Shown here in pieces: positions 61,403 through 64,000 of a stretch of 64,000 bases of DNA. This stretch comes from Candidatus Latescibacterota bacterium (GTDB lineage: Bacteria; Latescibacterota; UBA2968; GCA-2709665). The translations under genes and the position numbers were made by a program. Within the stretch, counting starts at the first letter, position 1. The number at the start of each line of letters is the position of its first letter. The notes under the pieces are model-generated. The model was not told the DNA's origin. It did not search any database and was given only the letters and a program-made list of their open reading frames with translations. The stretch covers positions 3,104,001 to 3,168,000 of the forward strand of contig CBDCOX010000002.1 of NCBI GenBank assembly GCA_965219995.1, read 5' to 3'.

Positions 61403-61926
61403 CACGACCGCCATTCCCGCGAACGCCGGCGTCCGCCGTTCCCTTCCAGCGCCAGCAGGGCGGCTTTCCACTCCCCGCCGTAAGCGAAACCCGTCAGCGC
61501 CCCGGACGCGCCCACGACCCGATGACACGGCACAACGATCGCGCACGGGTTCTTTCCGAGCGCGGCGCCCACCGCGCGGGCGGCCTTCGGGCGTCCGATG
61601 GCATTCGCGACGTCGCCGTAAGACCGCCGTCCACCGTACGGAATCTCCAGGGTCGCCTGCCAGACCATGCCCTGGAACGCCGTATAGCCGGAGAGGTCGG
61701 GCCGGTCGTGAAACCGCACGGGTTCGCCGGAAAAATAGCCGGCGAGCGCGTCGATGAGGCGCTGCCCCCGCTCGTCGGGGGGAGCGCCTTCCACCAGCCC
61801 GGGACAGGCGATATCGACCGGGTCGAAACGCCCCAGCCGGATCGACGCCAGCCTGCGGCCTTTCCAGGTTATCTCGACCCGACCCAGTCCCGTCTTCAGA
61901 ACCGCGGACTGGATGGTCGGTGACAT
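61402..61926 (-). CDS. ogt: Methylated-DNA--protein-cysteine methyltransferase
   Basis: FQ..VW, IPYG..SYG, ARAVG, VPCHRVV; start could instead be the GTG at 61944. Confidence 0.92.
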   Translation of the reverse strand: MSPTIQSAVLKTGLGRVEITWKGRRLASIRLGRFDPVDIACPGLVEGAPPDERGQRLIDALAGYFSGEPVRFHDRPDLSGYTAFQGMVWQATLEIPYGGRRSYGDVANAIGRPKAARAVGAALGKNPCAIVVPCHRVVGASGALTGFAYGGEWKAALLALEGNGGRRRSREWRS

Positions 61927-61994
61927 GTAGATATCGTTTTTCACCACGTCCTCCACGTTCTGTTCCCGAAATATGTCAGCATGGATCTGAGGCC

Positions 61995-62135
61995 CTGCCC
62001 TGAGCCGTTCCCTGAGCTTGTCGAAGGGCCGGCGAAGGGTCGAAGGGCCGGCGAAGGGTCGAGGGCTACTTGAGTGCGGGCATTTCGACAAGCCACTTCG
62101 GCAAGCTCAGCGCAAGCAATGACCACGCGTGGAAA
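61995..62135. repeat. REP-like hairpin family 2, left flank of the GIY-YIG gene
   Basis: ccctgagcttgtcgaaggg..., gcgggcatttcgacaagc...aatgaccacgc. Confidence 0.8.
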
Positions 62136-62149
62136 AGTTGACCAGACCG

Positions 62150-62461
62150 TCATTCCTTTTCATTCGGTCTTCCGTACTGCCGATAATTTCTCGACAACCC
62201 AGGTAATATCGCGATCTCGCCATTTATCAAAGCTTCCTTCTTCTTTCGGCTCCAACCTTGCACCTGCTTTTCTCGGTAGTGTGCCTCATCGATTCTCGGG
62301 AATCGCTGACAATACACCAGTTTGACAGGCCGATATTTACGTGTATAATTCGCCCCTTCGCCGCCATTATGCTCGGCAAGTCTCTTATGTAAGTCGTACG
62401 TACTACCTGTATAGTATCTGCCGTTAGAGCAAATCAGAATGTACATGTATGCTTCCGGCAT
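62150..62461 (-). CDS. Small GIY-YIG nuclease (UPF0213-like)
   Basis: YMYILIC...YYTGST.DL..RL.EH, GANYT, REKQVQGWSRKKKEALI; lower GC. Confidence 0.92.
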   Translation of the reverse strand: MPEAYMYILICSNGRYYTGSTYDLHKRLAEHNGGEGANYTRKYRPVKLVYCQRFPRIDEAHYREKQVQGWSRKKKEALINGEIAILPGLSRNYRQYGRPNEKE

Positions 62462-62539
62462 ACGTACGCTCGTTCCCAGAGGATCAATGGCAACGTTCTG
62501 ACCAGCTTGCTTCGGCAGGCCAACGCGAAAGGGTGTCGG

Positions 62540-62712
62540 AACGCGGGCATTTCGACAAGCTCAATGACCACGCATGGATAAGTTCAACAAACGTGATTGA
62601 CCCACGCCCGCAGCCGTTCCCTGAGCATGCGTTGCCCTGAGCCTGTCGAAGGGTCGAAGGGCCGGCGAAGGGCTACTTGAACGCGGGCATTTCGAGAAGC
62701 TCATTGTCCACG
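62540..62712. repeat. REP-like hairpin family 2, right flank of the GIY-YIG gene
   Basis: gcgggcatttcgacaagctcaatgaccacgc; ccctgagcctgtcgaaggg; supplies the uvrC stop codon. Confidence 0.8.
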
Positions 62713-64000
62713 TTTCACCACGTCCGATTCAAGTTGTTCCGCGATCTGTTCCGCGAGCCTGGGTCCGATACCCTCCACAGCCGCGAGTTCGGACGCGCCC
62801 GCCTGCCATATCTTCTTCATCGACCCGAAGTGCGTCAGCAGCGCCTTTCTCCGTGCCGGGCCCACGCCGTCGAGTTCATCCAGACGGGAAGCCAGCGTTC
62901 GTTTCTGCCTCAGCTTCCGGTGATAGGTGACCGCGAACCGGTGCGATTCATCCCGGACGGCCTGCAGCAGCTTGAGCGCGGCCGAAACCTTGGGGATGTT
63001 CTGAGGCTCCGAATGACCGGGCAGGAACACGTCCTCCAGGCGTTTCGCCAGGCCGATGACGGGCTGACTCCGAACGCCCACCTCCCGCAATGCCGCCACG
63101 GCGCTGGAAAGCTGCCCCTTCCCGCCGTCGATCAACAACAGGTCGGGAAACGCCCGCCCCTCCTCCATCAGCCGCTTGAAGCGCCGCGTCACCACCTGCC
63201 GCATCATCGCGAAATCGTCGGGTCCCTCGATGCCCGTAATCCTGAAGTGCCTGTACTCGGACTTCCGGGGCCGGCCATCCACGAAACACACCAGCGACGC
63301 CACGGGATCCGAACCCTGGAAATTCGAGATGTCCATGGCCTCGATCCGCTTCGGGGGACGCTCGAGGTGAAGGTCGCGCTGGAGCGCGGCGACGGCGGCG
63401 GGCGCCTGGGACCGCCTGTTTTCCCGCCTCAACCGGCGCTCGCTGAGCAAAAGCGCGGCATTGTTCTCGGCCATCTTCACCAGACGCGCCTTGTCGCCAC
63501 GCTGGGGCACGCGGATTTCCACAAGACCGCCGGCCCGTCCCCGCAGCCAGTCCAGTACGGTCTCGCGGGATTCGATGTCGCACGGCAGGCAGATCTCCTC
63601 GGGCACGAACGAGGCGGTCAGATAGAGCAACTGCACGAAGGAGCCGACCACCTCGGCCATGGGCGCATCGAGCACGCCGCCCAGAAAATAGTGCTGCCGT
63701 CCGATCAGCCTCCCTTCCCGGACCTCCATCACCACGCAGCAGGCTTCGTCGTCTTCCCTGGCAACCGCGATCGTATCCCAGTCCTTCAGCTCCGGCGACA
63801 CCACCTTCTGGCGACTGGTCGTCTGCTCGAGGTCCCTCAGGCGGTCCCGGTAGACCGCGGCCTCTTCGAAATGCTGCCCGGCCGCCGCCTGCTTCATGCG
63901 TTCCTTCAGCGCGGCCACGACCTGGGTGTGGCGTCCCGTAAGAAACAGCACCGCCTCCCGCACGATCTTGCGGTACTCCGCCGCCGAAATCAGCCCCTCG
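62701..64000 (-). CDS. uvrC: Excinuclease ABC subunit C (5' part outside the window)
   Basis: FEEAAVYRD, RIEAMDISN, DDFAMM, PDLLLIDGGKGQL, RDESHRFA, HhH motifs. Confidence 0.96.
   Translation of the reverse strand, partial: EGLISAAEYRKIVREAVLFLTGRHTQVVAALKERMKQAAAGQHFEEAAVYRDRLRDLEQTTSRQKVVSPELKDWDTIAVAREDDEACCVVMEVREGRLIGRQHYFLGGVLDAPMAEVVGSFVQLLYLTASFVPEEICLPCDIESRETVLDWLRGRAGGLVEIRVPQRGDKARLVKMAENNAALLLSERRLRRENRRSQAPAAVAALQRDLHLERPPKRIEAMDISNFQGSDPVASLVCFVDGRPRKSEYRHFRITGIEGPDDFAMMRQVVTRRFKRLMEEGRAFPDLLLIDGGKGQLSSAVAALREVGVRSQPVIGLAKRLEDVFLPGHSEPQNIPKVSAALKLLQAVRDESHRFAVTYHRKLRQKRTLASRLDELDGVGPARRKALLTHFGSMKKIWQAGASELAAVEGIGPRLAEQIAEQLESDVVKRGQ

Overview
GC-rich bacterial chromosomal window. 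The FlgD/T9SS-like C-terminal domains plus a UBact system suggest an FCB-group lineage such as Latescibacterota/Gemmatimonadota; that placement is inference only. Left to right: (1) a lower-GC defence-like island with an N4/N6 methylase, a putative PD-(D/E)xK endonuclease, a 1363-aa STAND NTPase with a C-terminal nuclease-like domain and an AAA_14/DUF4143 ATPase; (2) a complete UBact-proteasome operon (arc, dop, ubact, prcB, prcA, pafA); (3) secreted or surface proteins with dockerin-like, cohesin-like and FlgD-like domains, plus msrP and Uma2; (4) a translation cluster (ispE, tRNA-Gln, rplY, pth, hppA, rpsF, rpsR, rplI); (5) a TPR protein, a sigma-54 regulator, HtrA and a DUF433 antitoxin with a truncated toxin; (6) a glycosylation trio, xerD, ogt, a GIY-YIG gene and partial uvrC. 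The most striking unexplained structure is non-coding. About 15 intergenic regions are filled with a modular repeat whose inverted arms are made of AGACG-NN heptamers enclosing interchangeable fixed-length hairpin modules (about 8 A, 19 B and 8 C copies, counted by eye). The element ends often sit on the stop codon of the neighbouring gene, and two such arrays bracket a lower-GC four-helix-bundle (23S-IVP/Avd-like) gene inserted between rplY and pth. A second, unrelated hairpin family brackets the GIY-YIG gene in the same way. No CRISPR array, reverse transcriptase or classical transposase was seen. All calls are by eye, and repeat boundaries are approximate.
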